DNA of 64,000 nucleotides from Macrostomum lignano (Eukaryota), in contig NIVC01000692.1 of assembly GCA_002269645.1 (NCBI GenBank), forward strand, positions 1-64,000, written 5' to 3'. Below the pieces are notes generated by a model. That model was not told the origin of the DNA and ran no database searches. It saw only the letters and a list, made by a program, of their open reading frames with translations. Made by a program: the position numbers and the translations under genes. Shown here one piece after another: positions 33,186 to 44,500 of this stretch (within the stretch, counting starts at the first letter, position 1; every line of letters begins with the position of its first letter).

Positions 33186-35418
33186 TTAAAACCAGAAGCT
33201 GACGCTCAGGCTGCAGGACAGGCTGCGCACGTGGTGCCACCAGCCGGCCGGGATGAACAGCGCCTCGCCTGGCCCGAGCAGCGCCAGCAGTTCGTCAGCT
33301 CCGTCGAACAGGGGAAACTCGGCCAGGTCGGGCCGCTCCACATCGATGCGGCTGGTGCCGGCCAGGAGGTGCCCGCCGCCAACCGGGTAGAGCCGGTCCG
33401 ACTGCTCCGCCGGGTAAAGGCGGACAGCTTTGAATCCGCGCACCTGGCAGAGCAGATTCGGTTTGGGATCTTGGTGACAGGGCGACACGGTGTGCGGCGG
33501 ACCGAACCAGCAGTTGACGTCGGGCTCGCCGTCGCCTAGGCAGCAGTAGTCGGGCACGTCCGTGTCACTGGCCAGGTCGGGCAGCTGGTCCAGCAGGCCG
33601 TGCTGCGCCAGGTAGCCACAGGGCAGCCGCTCGCAGGCCTTGGGACCGGAGTCGGCGGCAGCGGCGCATCGGGGCGCCACGAAGCGGCTAAAAAATTCGC
33701 TGAGCGGCATCAGCTGCTGGCCCCAGTCGTCGTCTGTGTAGCGGGAACCGATCTCGATCTTGATGAAGGCGGTTAGAGTGAATTGGAATCTACTATCTGG
33801 ATATGCTATCGGGAATGTGCCATCGAGAATGTGCCATCGGGAATGTGCCATCGGGAATGTGCTATCGGGAATGTGCCATCAAGAATGTGCCATCGAGAAT
33901 GTGCCATCGGGAATGTGACACCGGGAATGTGCCATCGGGAATATGCCATCGGGAATGTGCCATCGGGATTGTGCTATCGGGAATGTGCCATCGGGAATGT
34001 GCCATCGGGAATGTGCCATCGGGAATGTGCCATCGGGAATGTGCCATCGGGATTGTGCCATCGGGAATGTGACACCGGGAATGTGCCATCGGGAATATGC
34101 CATCGGGAATGTGCTATCGGGAATGTGACACCGGGAATGTGCCATCGGGAATATGCCATCCGGAATGTGCTATCGGGAATGTGCCATCGGGATTGTGCCA
34201 TCGGGAATGTGACACCGGGAATGTGCCATCGGGAATGTGCTATCGGGAATGTGCCATCGAGAATGTGCCATCGGGAATGTGCCATCGGGAATGTGCTATC
34301 GGGAATGTGCCATCGGGAATGTGCCATCGGGAATGTGCCATCGGGAATGTACCATCGGGATTGTGCCATCGGGAATGTGACACCGGGAATGTGCCATCGG
34401 GAATATGCCATCCGGAATGTGCTATCGGGAATGTGCCATCGGGATTGTGCCATCGGGAATGTGCTATCGGGAATGTGCCATCGAGAATGTGCCATCGGGA
34501 ATGTGCCATCGGGAATGTGCTATCGGGAATGTGCCATCGGGAATGTGCCATCGGGAATGTGCCATCGGGAATGTGCCATCGGGAATGTGCTATCGGGAAT
34601 GTGCCATCGGGAATGTGCCATCGGGAATTTTCTTTTGGAAATGTGTTATTGGGAATGTGTTACTGGGAATGTGTTATTGGGAATATGCTATTAGGAATGT
34701 GTTATTAGGAATGTGTTACTAAGAATTTGCTATCGTAAATCGTGTGCTATCTCACAGGCACAGTTCGGTGGCCCCATCTGTCCAGCAGGTACCGCCAGTC
34801 CCAGCGCTGCATAGCCGGCCAGTGGTCCATGACGCCGCATACAATGACTGGCTCTTTAAGGCGGCCGAACTCTTCTAAGGACGGCCGAGTCAGTCGGACG
34901 ACCGTGCGACCGCGGGCCGGCCCGGCGGACGCAGCGGGCCAGTCGCGAGTGGCTTCAGCCAGCGGACAGCAGCGGCAGGGCGGGCAGGCAGGCACAGCGG
35001 GGAGCCGTGCGTGCAGCCGATCGGCCAGGCCGGCCAGCTGGGCCAGCGGGTGTCCGAGCAGCAGGCCGCGGTCGCAGACGGCCAGGAGTTCGTGCAGGCG
35101 CTCGTCACCGACCTGACTGTCGGCAGCTTGGCGCTGCTGCTGTCCAAGCCAGACGACAATGAAAGCCAGGCGGGCGTAGAGCCGGCGCCAGAACACCGGC
35201 ACGTCCTTCCAGTGGCCGGTATGCAGCCGGTGCCAGGCCAGCTCCTGCATAGAGCGGCAATCGGCAGCCAGATTCTCCGCTTCATCCGGCCGAAGTTCCG
35301 TCGAGGCGAATCGGTCCATTAGGCGGCCGAATTCGTACAGCACCAGCGGAGCCACGTCCGCGTCAGCCGGCGGGAAATCCACGCAACCGGACAGGAAGTC
35401 AGCCAGCAGCTCGTCCGG
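33186..35418 (-). CDS. KDM8: JmjC 2-oxoglutarate oxygenase KDM8/JMJD5, 2 coding exons; no genomic ATG at the exon 1 start
   Basis: Exons 35418-34756 and 33758-33186. Motifs AWHRLHTGHWKDV, DRGLLLG, RPSLEEF, PVIV.G.MDHWPAM.RW, HRTVP|IEIGSRYTDDDW, YLAQHGLLDQLPDL..D..VPDYC, NCWFGPPHTVSPCHQDP (HxD), K, GEALFIPAGWWHHVRSL. Confidence 0.93.
33790..34720. repeat. 14-bp minisatellite (atcgggaatgtgcc)n filling the JMJD5 intron
   Basis: ~65 copies with variants; explains ORFs 33783-34694 etc. Confidence 0.95.
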
Positions 35419-35444
35419 CTGCGAAGGGATTATATAGACTGGTG

Positions 35445-35835
35445 CAATCAAGTCCCAACTCTGATGCAATCAAGTTCCAATTATGGTGCAGTTAAGTCCC
35501 AACTCTGGAGCAATCAGGTCCCAACTATGATGCAATCAAGTTCCAATTATGGTGCAGTTAAGTCCCAACTCTGGAGCAATCAGGTCCCAACTATGATGCA
35601 ATCAGGTCCCAACTCTGATGCAATCGAGTCCCAACTATGATGCAGAGAAGTCCCAACTATGGTGCAAGTAAGTCCCAACTCTGATGCAATCAAATCCCAA
35701 CTCTGATGCAATCAAATCTCAACTCTGATGCAATCAAGTCCCAATTATGGTGCAGTTAAGTCCCAACTATGGTGCAATCAAGTCCCAACTATGGTGCAAT
35801 CAAGTCCCAACTATGGTGCAATCAAGTGCTAATTC
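35445..35835. repeat. 22-bp minisatellite (caatcaagtcccaactctgatg)n upstream of JMJD5
   Basis: ~17 tandem variants. Confidence 0.9.
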
Positions 35836-36679
35836 TGAAGCAATGGCTGAGAAAAGCACATTAGTATTATTCCACTGCGAGGCATATCCTCTAGAAGCAA
35901 TCAAATAAGTTCGGGGAAGTTTTCTGTGCTAATGGAAACAGAGCTATGCAGTCCCTAAACGGCCCGGCTTTTTAGGTCAATCACCACATAAAGCCTCAAT
36001 ACTTACTACTCTAAGTAATCAACTAATGCAAAACAAACATTTTGTCACCATGGAGAAGTTGAATAGAAACAAGTTTTGCCAAGGACTGGGATTGTATTTG
36101 ACAAAAATTAATTTAATACAATAAAACCAGTGCATAGTATAGAAATGTTTAAACAATGAACTATCGTATTAATCAGAAGTATGTGTAGAATAATATTAAT
36201 CTAAAAAGTCGTAGACAAGTTGCTCAAGGAGTAAATCGTAGAAATAAGTTAACTCGAGACGAAAGCACCAATTTTTTGTCAATTTTTATCTAATTTTAAA
36301 TGCTGCAATCAAAAACTAATCAAACTTAGGAAAAAATCTATCAAAAAACAGAAAAACTTTGAATGAATGAATCAAATTGAATTATTACACTATATCAATT
36401 AAACAATTAGATCAAAATGATTGCGGGTAAAAAAGTTGAAAAGTTCAATTCACGAAAATTGAGGTATTCAAACAAAACTGTTTGCCGTCAAGCAATCAAA
36501 AAATAGTATAAAAATACTTGTAAAACTTCTAATTAGGTTTATAGCTCAATACCAGCCACCGAGTTTTCGCTCGCGTTGAAAACAGAGGCGAAGAGGCAGA
36601 GCGGCACGACGGAGCCCCCTGGCTGACAGCGGGCACACCTGCGAAGCGGCAGTGCGGCGAGCTGGGTCTATGATAGGTA

Positions 36680-38270
36680 TTGTGTCCCTGTTTCCCATGG
36701 GGATGGTGTCCCTGTTTCCCATGGGGATGGTGTCCCTGTTTCCCATGGGGATGGTGTCCCTGTTTCCCATGGGGATGGTGTCCCTGTTTCCCATGGGGAT
36801 GGTGTCCCTGTTTCCCATGGGGATGGTGTCCCTGTTTCCCATGGGGATGGTGTCCCTGTTTCCCATGGGGATGGTGTCCCTGTTTCCCATGGGGATGGTG
36901 TCCCTGTTTCCCATGGGGATGGTGTCCCTGTTTCCCATGGGGATTGTGTCCCTGTTTCCCATGGGGATGGTGTCCCTGTTTCCCATGGGGATTGTGTCCC
37001 TGTTTCCCATGGGGATGGTGTCCCTGTTTCCCATGGGGATTGTGTCCCTGTTTCCCATGGGGATGGTGTCCCTGTTTCCCATGGAGATGGTGTCCCTGTT
37101 TCCTATGGGGATGGTGTCCCTGTTTCCCATGGGGATGGTGTCCCTGTTTCCCATGGGGATGGTGTCTCTGTTTCCCATGGGGATGGTGTCTCTGTTTCCC
37201 ATGGGGATGGTGTCCCTGTTTCCCATGGGGATGGTGTCCCTGTTTCCCATGGGGATGGTGTCCCTGTTTCCCATGGGGATGGTGTCCCTGTTTCCCATGG
37301 GGATGGTGTCCCTGTTTCCCATGGGGATGGTGTCTCTGTTTCCCATGGGGATGGTGTCCCTGTTTCCCATGGGGATGGTGTCCCTGTTTCCCATGGGGAT
37401 GGTGTCCCTGTTTCCCATGGGGATGGTGTCCCTGTTTCCCATGGGGATGGTGTCCCTGTTTCCCATGGGGATTGTGTCCCTGTTTCCCATGGGGATGGTG
37501 TCCCTGTTTCCCATGGGATTGTGTCCCTGTTTCCCATGGGGATGGTGTCCCTGTTTCCCATGGGGATGGTGTCCCTGTTTCCCATGGGGATGGTGTCCCT
37601 GTTTCCCATGGGGATGGTGTCCCTGTTTCCCATGGGGATGGTGTCCCTGTTTCCCATGGGGATGGTGTCCCTGTTTCCCATGGGGATGGTGTCTTTGTTT
37701 CCCATGGGGATGGTGTCCCTGTTTCCCATGGGGATGGTGTCCCTGTTTCCCATGGGGATGGTGTCCCTGTTTCCCATGGGGATGGTGTCCCTGTTTCCCA
37801 TGGGGATGGTGTCCCTGTTTCCCATGGGGATGGTGTCTCTGTTTCCCATGGGGATGGTGTCCCTGTTTCCCATGGGGATGGTGTCCCTGTTTCCATGGGG
37901 ATGGTGTCCCTGTTTCCCATGGGGATGGTGTCCCTGTTTCCCATGGGGATGGTGTCCCTGTTTCCCATGGGGATTGTGTCCCTGTTTCCCATGGGGATGG
38001 TGTCCCTGTTTCCCATGGGGATTGTGTCCCTGTTTCCCATGGGGATTGTGTCCCTGTTTCCCATGGGGATTGTGTCCCTGTTTCCCATGGGGATGGTGTC
38101 CCTGTTTCCCATGGGGATGGTGTCTCTGTTTCCCATGGGGATGGTATCCCTGTTTCCCATGGGGATGGTACCCCTATTTCCCGTGGGGATGGTATCCCTG
38201 TTTCCAATGGGGATGGTATCCCTTTTTGCATGGGGATAGTATCCCTATTTCCTATGGAGATTGGATCCCT
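36680..38270. repeat. 24-bp minisatellite (gtgtccctgtttcccatggggatg)n, ~65 copies
   Basis: Near-perfect array with an internal CCCATGGG palindrome; lacks stop codons, hence the spurious long ORFs on both strands. Confidence 0.96.
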
Positions 38271-38579
38271 GTTTCTCATGACTGAATCCTGCTTTAAAAC
38301 TATAGTATCCCAACTTCTTGGGGATAAATAAGGTCGGAGAAGCGACAGCTCATAAGCTGTGATGCAAACTACGCGCTACAGGTAACAGTAATCAAATGTA
38401 ATATCGAGATCGCAACATTGATTGAAAATTTAGGATCAAATATAATTTTCAGCGACAAATCGATCTCAATGAAAATTTTCAGTCTTAAGGTAAACGCAGC
38501 TCTCTACGATTGCTGCCAATCAGCGCACAATTATTACTAATTTTACTTTTTTCTCTTGAAGTTTGTCTGTCCCGCACAG

Positions 38580-41500
38580 CTACAGCGGGCAGCACCCGCG
38601 TCGCAGGGTGCGAGCAAACAGTGCCGACAGCGTAGAACTCTGTAAATCAGAGCACAGCCAATTCGAAACAAATTTTAAACTCCTTCAGTAATTAAATGCC
38701 TAAATGCTAAAATTTACAACGTTCAAAAAATTATTTAGCTCTCACTTTTTGGTCACCGGAATCGATGCGGTCTGCATCCGACTCCACCTTGTCAGTATCT
38801 GAAGCTGCTCCACTATTAGCTGGCTGATCGACACGCTCTGCATCCGGCTCCACCAGGTCCGTGTCTGAAGCTGCTGCACTATTAGCTGGCTGATCGACAC
38901 GCTCTGCATCCGGCTCCACCTGGTCAGTGTCTGAAGCTGCTCCATTATTAGCTGGCTCTGCATCCGGCTCCACCTGGTTAATACCTGAAGCTGCTGCACT
39001 ATTAGCTGGCTGATCGACACGCTCTGCATCCGGCTCCACCTGGTCAACACCTGCGAATGCACTGGACTGAGATGATTGATCAACACGCTCTGCACCTGGA
39101 TGCACCTGGTCAACGCCTGAAGCTGCTTTACTCTTATCTTGATGATCAACACGTTCCGCATTTAGCTCCACCTGGTCAACACCTGCGACTGCTCTGGACT
39201 GAGATGATTGATCAACACGCTCTACTTCCGGTTCCACCTCGTAAACACCAGATTCCAATCCACTATTAGTTGACTGATCATTAAGCTCTGCACCGGGCTT
39301 CACTTGGTTAATACCTACAGGTGCTTCACTCTTAGCTGGCTGAACGAAATGCCCTGCCTTTGGCTCTACATGGTAAACACCTGTAACTACCCTGGACTGT
39401 GATGATGAGTGATCAACAGGCTCTGCACTTAAATCCACCTTATCAACGCCTGAAGCTGCTACACTCTTAGTTAGCTGATCGATACGCTCTGCATCCGGCT
39501 CCACCTGGTCAGTATCTGAAGCTGCTGCACTATTAGCTGGCTCTGCCTCCGGCTCCACCAGGTCACTGTCTGAAGCTGCTGCACTATTAGCTGGCTCTGC
39601 CTCCGGCTCCACCAGGTCAGTGTCTGAAGCTGCTGCACTATTAGCTGGCTCTGCCTCCGGCTCCACCAGGTCAGTGTCTGAAGCTGCTGCACTATTAGCT
39701 GGCTCTGCCTCCGGCTCCACCAGGTCAGTGTCTGAAGCTGCTGCACTATTAGCTGGCTCTGCCTCCGGCTCCACCTGGTTAATACCTGAAGCTGCTGCAC
39801 TATTAGCTGGCTGATCGACACGCTCTGCATCCGGCTCCACCTGGTCAACACCTGCGACTGCTCTGGACTGAGATGATTGATCAACACGCTCTACTTCCGG
39901 TTCCACCTCGTAAACACCAGATTCCAATCCACTATTAGTTGACTGATCATTAAGCTCTGCACCGGGCTTCACTTGGTTAATACCTACAGGTGCTTCACTC
40001 TTAGCTGGCTGAACGAAATGCCCTGCCTTTGGCTCTACATGGTAAACACCTGTAACTACCCTGGACTGTGATGATGAGTGATCAACAGGCTCTGCACTTA
40101 AATCCACCTTATCAACGCCTGAAGCTGCTACACTCTTAGTTAGCTGATCGATACGCTCTGCATCCGGCTCCACCTGGTCAGTATCTGAAGCTGCTGCACT
40201 ATTAGCTGGCTCTGCCTCCGGCTCCACCAGGTCACTGTCTGAAGCTGCTGCACTATTAGCTGGCTCTGCCTCCGGCTCCACCAGGTCAGTGTCTGAAGCT
40301 GCTGCACTATTAGCTGGCTCTGCCTCCGGCTCCACCAGGTCAGTGTCTGAAGCTGCTGCACTATTAGCTGGCTCTGCCTCCGGCTCCACCAGGTCAGTGT
40401 CTGAAGCAGCTGCACTATTAGCTGGCTCTGCCTCCGGCTCCACCTTGTCAGCGTCTGAAGCTGCTGCACTATTAGCTGGCTGATCGACACGCTCTGCATC
40501 CGGCTCCACCAGGTCAGTGTCTGAAGCTGCTCCATTATTAGCTGGCTCTGCATCCGGCTCCACCTGGTTAATACCTGAAGCTGCTGCACTATTAGCTGGC
40601 TGATCGACACGCTCTGCATCCGGCTCCACCTTGTCAGTATCTGAAGCTGCTCCACTATTAGCTGGCTGATCGACACGCTCTGCATCCGGCTCCACCAGGT
40701 CAGTGTCTGAAGCTGCTCCACTATTAGCTGGCTGATCGACACGCTCTACATCCGGCTCCACCTTGTCAGTATCTGAAGCTGCTCCACTATTAGCTGGCTG
40801 ATCGACACGCTCTGCATCCGGCTCCACCAGGTCCGTGTCTGAAGCTGCTGCACTATTAGCTGGCTGATCGACACGCTCTGCATCCGGCTCCACCTTGTCA
40901 GTATCTGAAGCTGCTGCACTATTAGCTGGCTGATCGACACGCTCTGCATCCGGCTCCACCAGGTCAGTGTCTGAAGCTGCTGCACTATTAGCTGGCTCTG
41001 CCTCCAGCTCCACCAGGTCAGTGTCTGAAGCTGCTGCACTATTAGCTGGCTCTGCCTCCGGCTCCACCAGGTCACTGTCTGAAGCTGCTGCACTATTAGC
41101 TGGCTCTGCCTCCGGCTCCACCAGGTCAGTATCTGAAGCTGCTGCACTATTAGCTGGCTCTGCCTCCGGCTCCACCAGGTCAGTGTCTGAAGCTGCTGCA
41201 CTATTAGCTGGCTGATCGACACGCTCTGCATCCGGCTCCACCTTGTCAGTATCTGAAGCTGCTGCACTATTAGCTGGCTGATCGACACGCTCTGCATCCG
41301 GCTCCACCAGGTCAGTGTCTGAAGCTGCTGCACTATTAGCTGGCTCTGCCTCCAGCTCCACCAGGTCAGTGTCTGAAGCTGCTGCACTATTAGCTGGCTC
41401 TGCCTCCGGCTCCACCAGGTCACTGTCTGAAGCTGCTGCACTATTAGCTGGCTCTGCCTCCGGCTCCACCAGGTCAGTATCTGAAGCTGCTGCACTATTA

Positions 41501-44500
41501 GCTGGCTCTGCCTCCGGCTCCACCAGGTCAGTGTCTGAAGCTGCTGCACTATTAGCTGGCTCTGCCTCCGGCTCCACCAGGTCAGTGTCTGAAGCTGCTG
41601 CACTATTAGCTGGCTCTGCCTCCGGCTCCACCTGGTTAATACCTGAAGCTGCTGCACTATTAGCTGGCTGATCGACACGCTCTGCATCCGGCTCCACCTG
41701 GTCAACACCTGCGACTGCTCTGGACTGAGATGATTGATCAACACGCTCTACTTCCGGTTCCACCTCGTAAACACCAGATTCCAATCCACTATTAGTTGAC
41801 TGATCATTAAGCTCTGCACCGGGCTTCACTTGGTTAATACCTACAGGTGCTTCACTCTTAGCTGGCTGAACGAAATGCCCTGCCTTTGGCTCTACATGGT
41901 AAACACCTGTAACTACCCTGGACTGTGATGATGAGTGATCAACAGGCTCTGCACTTAAATCCACCTTATCAACGCCTGAAGCTGCTACACTCTTAGTTAG
42001 CTGATCGATACGCTCTGCATCCGGCTCCACCTGGTCAGTATCTGAAGCTGCTGCACTATTAGCTGGCTCTGCCTCCGGCTCCACCAGGTCACTGTCTGAA
42101 GCTGCTGCACTATTAGCTGGCTCTGCCTCCGGCTCCACCAGGTCAGTGTCTGAAGCTGCTGCACTATTAGCTGGCTCTGCCTCCGGCTCCACCAGGTCAG
42201 TGTCTGAAGCTGCTGCACTATTAGCTGGCTCTGCCTCCGGCTCCACCAGGTCAGTGTCTGAAGCTGCTGCACTATTAGCTGGCTCTGCCTCCGGCTCCAC
42301 CTTGTCAGCGTCTGAAGCTGCTGCACTATTAGCTGGCTGATCGACACGCTCTGCATCCGGCTCCACCAGGTCAGTGTCTGAAGCTGCTCCATTATTAGCT
42401 GGCTCTGCATCCGGCTCCACCTGGTTAATACCTGAAGCTGCTGCACTATTAGCTGGCTGATCGACACGCTCTGCATCCGGCTCCACCTTGTCAGTATCTG
42501 AAGCTGCTCCACTATTAGCTGGCTGATCGACACGCTCTGCATCCGGCTCCACCAGGTCAGTGTCTGAAGCTGCTCCACTATTAGCTGGCTGATCGACACG
42601 CTCTACATCCGGCTCCACCTTGTCAGTATCTGAAGCTGCTCCACTATTAGCTGGCTGATCGACACGCTCTGCATCCGGCTCCACCAGGTCCGTGTCTGAA
42701 GCTGCTGCACTATTAGCTGGCTGATCGACACGCTCTGCATCCGGCTCCACCTTGTCAGTATCTGAAGCTGCTGCACTATTAGCTGGCTGATCGACACGCT
42801 CTGCATCCGGCTCCACCAGGTCAGTGTCTGAAGCTGCTGCACTATTAGCTGGCTCTGCCTCCAGCTCCACCAGGTCAGTGTCTGAAGCTGCTGCACTATT
42901 AGCTGGCTCTGCCTCCGGCTCCACCAGGTCACTGTCTGAAGCTGCTGCACTATTAGCTGGCTCTGCCTCCGGCTCCACCAGGTCAGTATCTGAAGCTGCT
43001 GCACTATTAGCTGGCTCTGCCTCCGGCTCCACCAGGTCAGTGTCTGAAGCTGCTGCACTATTAGCTGGCTGATCGACACGCTCTGCATCCGGCTCCACCT
43101 TGTCAGTATCTGAAGCTGCTGCACTATTAGCTGGCTGATCGACACGCTCTGCATCCGGCTCCACCAGGTCAGTGTCTGAAGCTGCTGCACTATTAGCTGG
43201 CTCTGCCTCCAGCTCCACCAGGTCAGTGTCTGAAGCTGCTGCACTATTAGCTGGCTCTGCCTCCGGCTCCACCAGGTCACTGTCTGAAGCTGCTGCACTA
43301 TTAGCTGGCTCTGCCTCCGGCTCCACCAGGTCAGTATCTGAAGCTGCTGCACTATTAGCTGGCTCTGCCTCCGGCTCCACCAGGTCAGTGTCTGAAGCTG
43401 CTGCACTATTAGCTGGCTCTGCCTCCGGCTCCACCAGGTAAGTGTCTGAAGCTGCTGCACTATTAGCTGGCTCTGCCTCCGGCTCCACCTTGTCAGCGTC
43501 TGAAGCTGCTGCACTATTAGCTGGCTGATCGACACGCTCTGCATCCGGCTCCACCAGGTCAGCGTCTGAAGCTGCTGCACTATTAGCTGGCTGATCGACA
43601 TGCTCTGCATCCGGCTCCACCAGGTCAGTGTCTGAAGCTGCTCCACTATTAGCTGGCTGATCGACACGCTCTGCATCCGGCTCCACCAGGTCAGTGTCTG
43701 AAGCTGCTGCACTATTAGCTGGCTGATCGACACGCTCTGCCTCCGGCTCCACCAGGTCAGTGTCTGAAGCTGCTGCACTATTAGCTGGCTCTGCCTCCGG
43801 CTCCACCTTGTCAGCGTCTGAAGCTGCTGCACTATTAGCTGGCTGATCGACACGCTCTGCATCCGGCTCCACCTGGTCAGTGTCTGAAGCTGCTCCATTA
43901 TTAGCTGGCTCTGCATCCGGCTCCACCTGGTTAATACCTGAAGCTGCTGCACTATTAGCTGGCTGATCGACACGCTCTGCATCCGGCTCCACCTGGTCAA
44001 CACCTGCGACTGCTCTGGACTGAGATGATTGATCAACACGCTCTACTTCCGGTTCCACCTCGTAAACACCAGATTCCAATCCACTATTAGTTGACTGATC
44101 ATTAAGCTCTGCACCGGGCTTCACTTGGTTAATACCTACAGGTGCTTCACTCTTAGCTGGCTGAACGAAATGCCCTGCCTTTGGCTCTACATGGTAAACA
44201 CCTGTAACTACCCTGGACTGTGATGATGAGTGATCAACAGGCTCTGCACTTAAATCCACCTTATCAACGCCTGAAGCTGCTACACTCTTAGTTAGCTGAT
44301 CGATACGCTCTGCATCCGGCTCCACCTGGTCAGTATCTGAAGCTGCTGCACTATTAGCTGGCTCTGCCTCCGGCTCCACCAGGTCACTGTCTGAAGCTGC
44401 TGCACTATTAGCTGGCTGATCGACACGCTCTGCATCCGGCTCCACCAGGTCAGTGTCTGAAGCTGCTGCACTCTTAGCTGGCTGATCGACACGCTCAGCA

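Noticed and set aside
33783-34722. Cys/His-rich ORFs (CHRECAIGNVPSGM repeats)
   Set aside because: Translation of the 14-bp satellite inside the JMJD5 intron.
36555-36640. Exon-like GC-rich segment on the minus strand (cttcgcag|GTGTGCCC...GGCTG|gtattg)
   Set aside because: No ATG or recognisable protein; JMJD5 is already full length and the giant gene has a stop at 38580. At most a non-coding exon.
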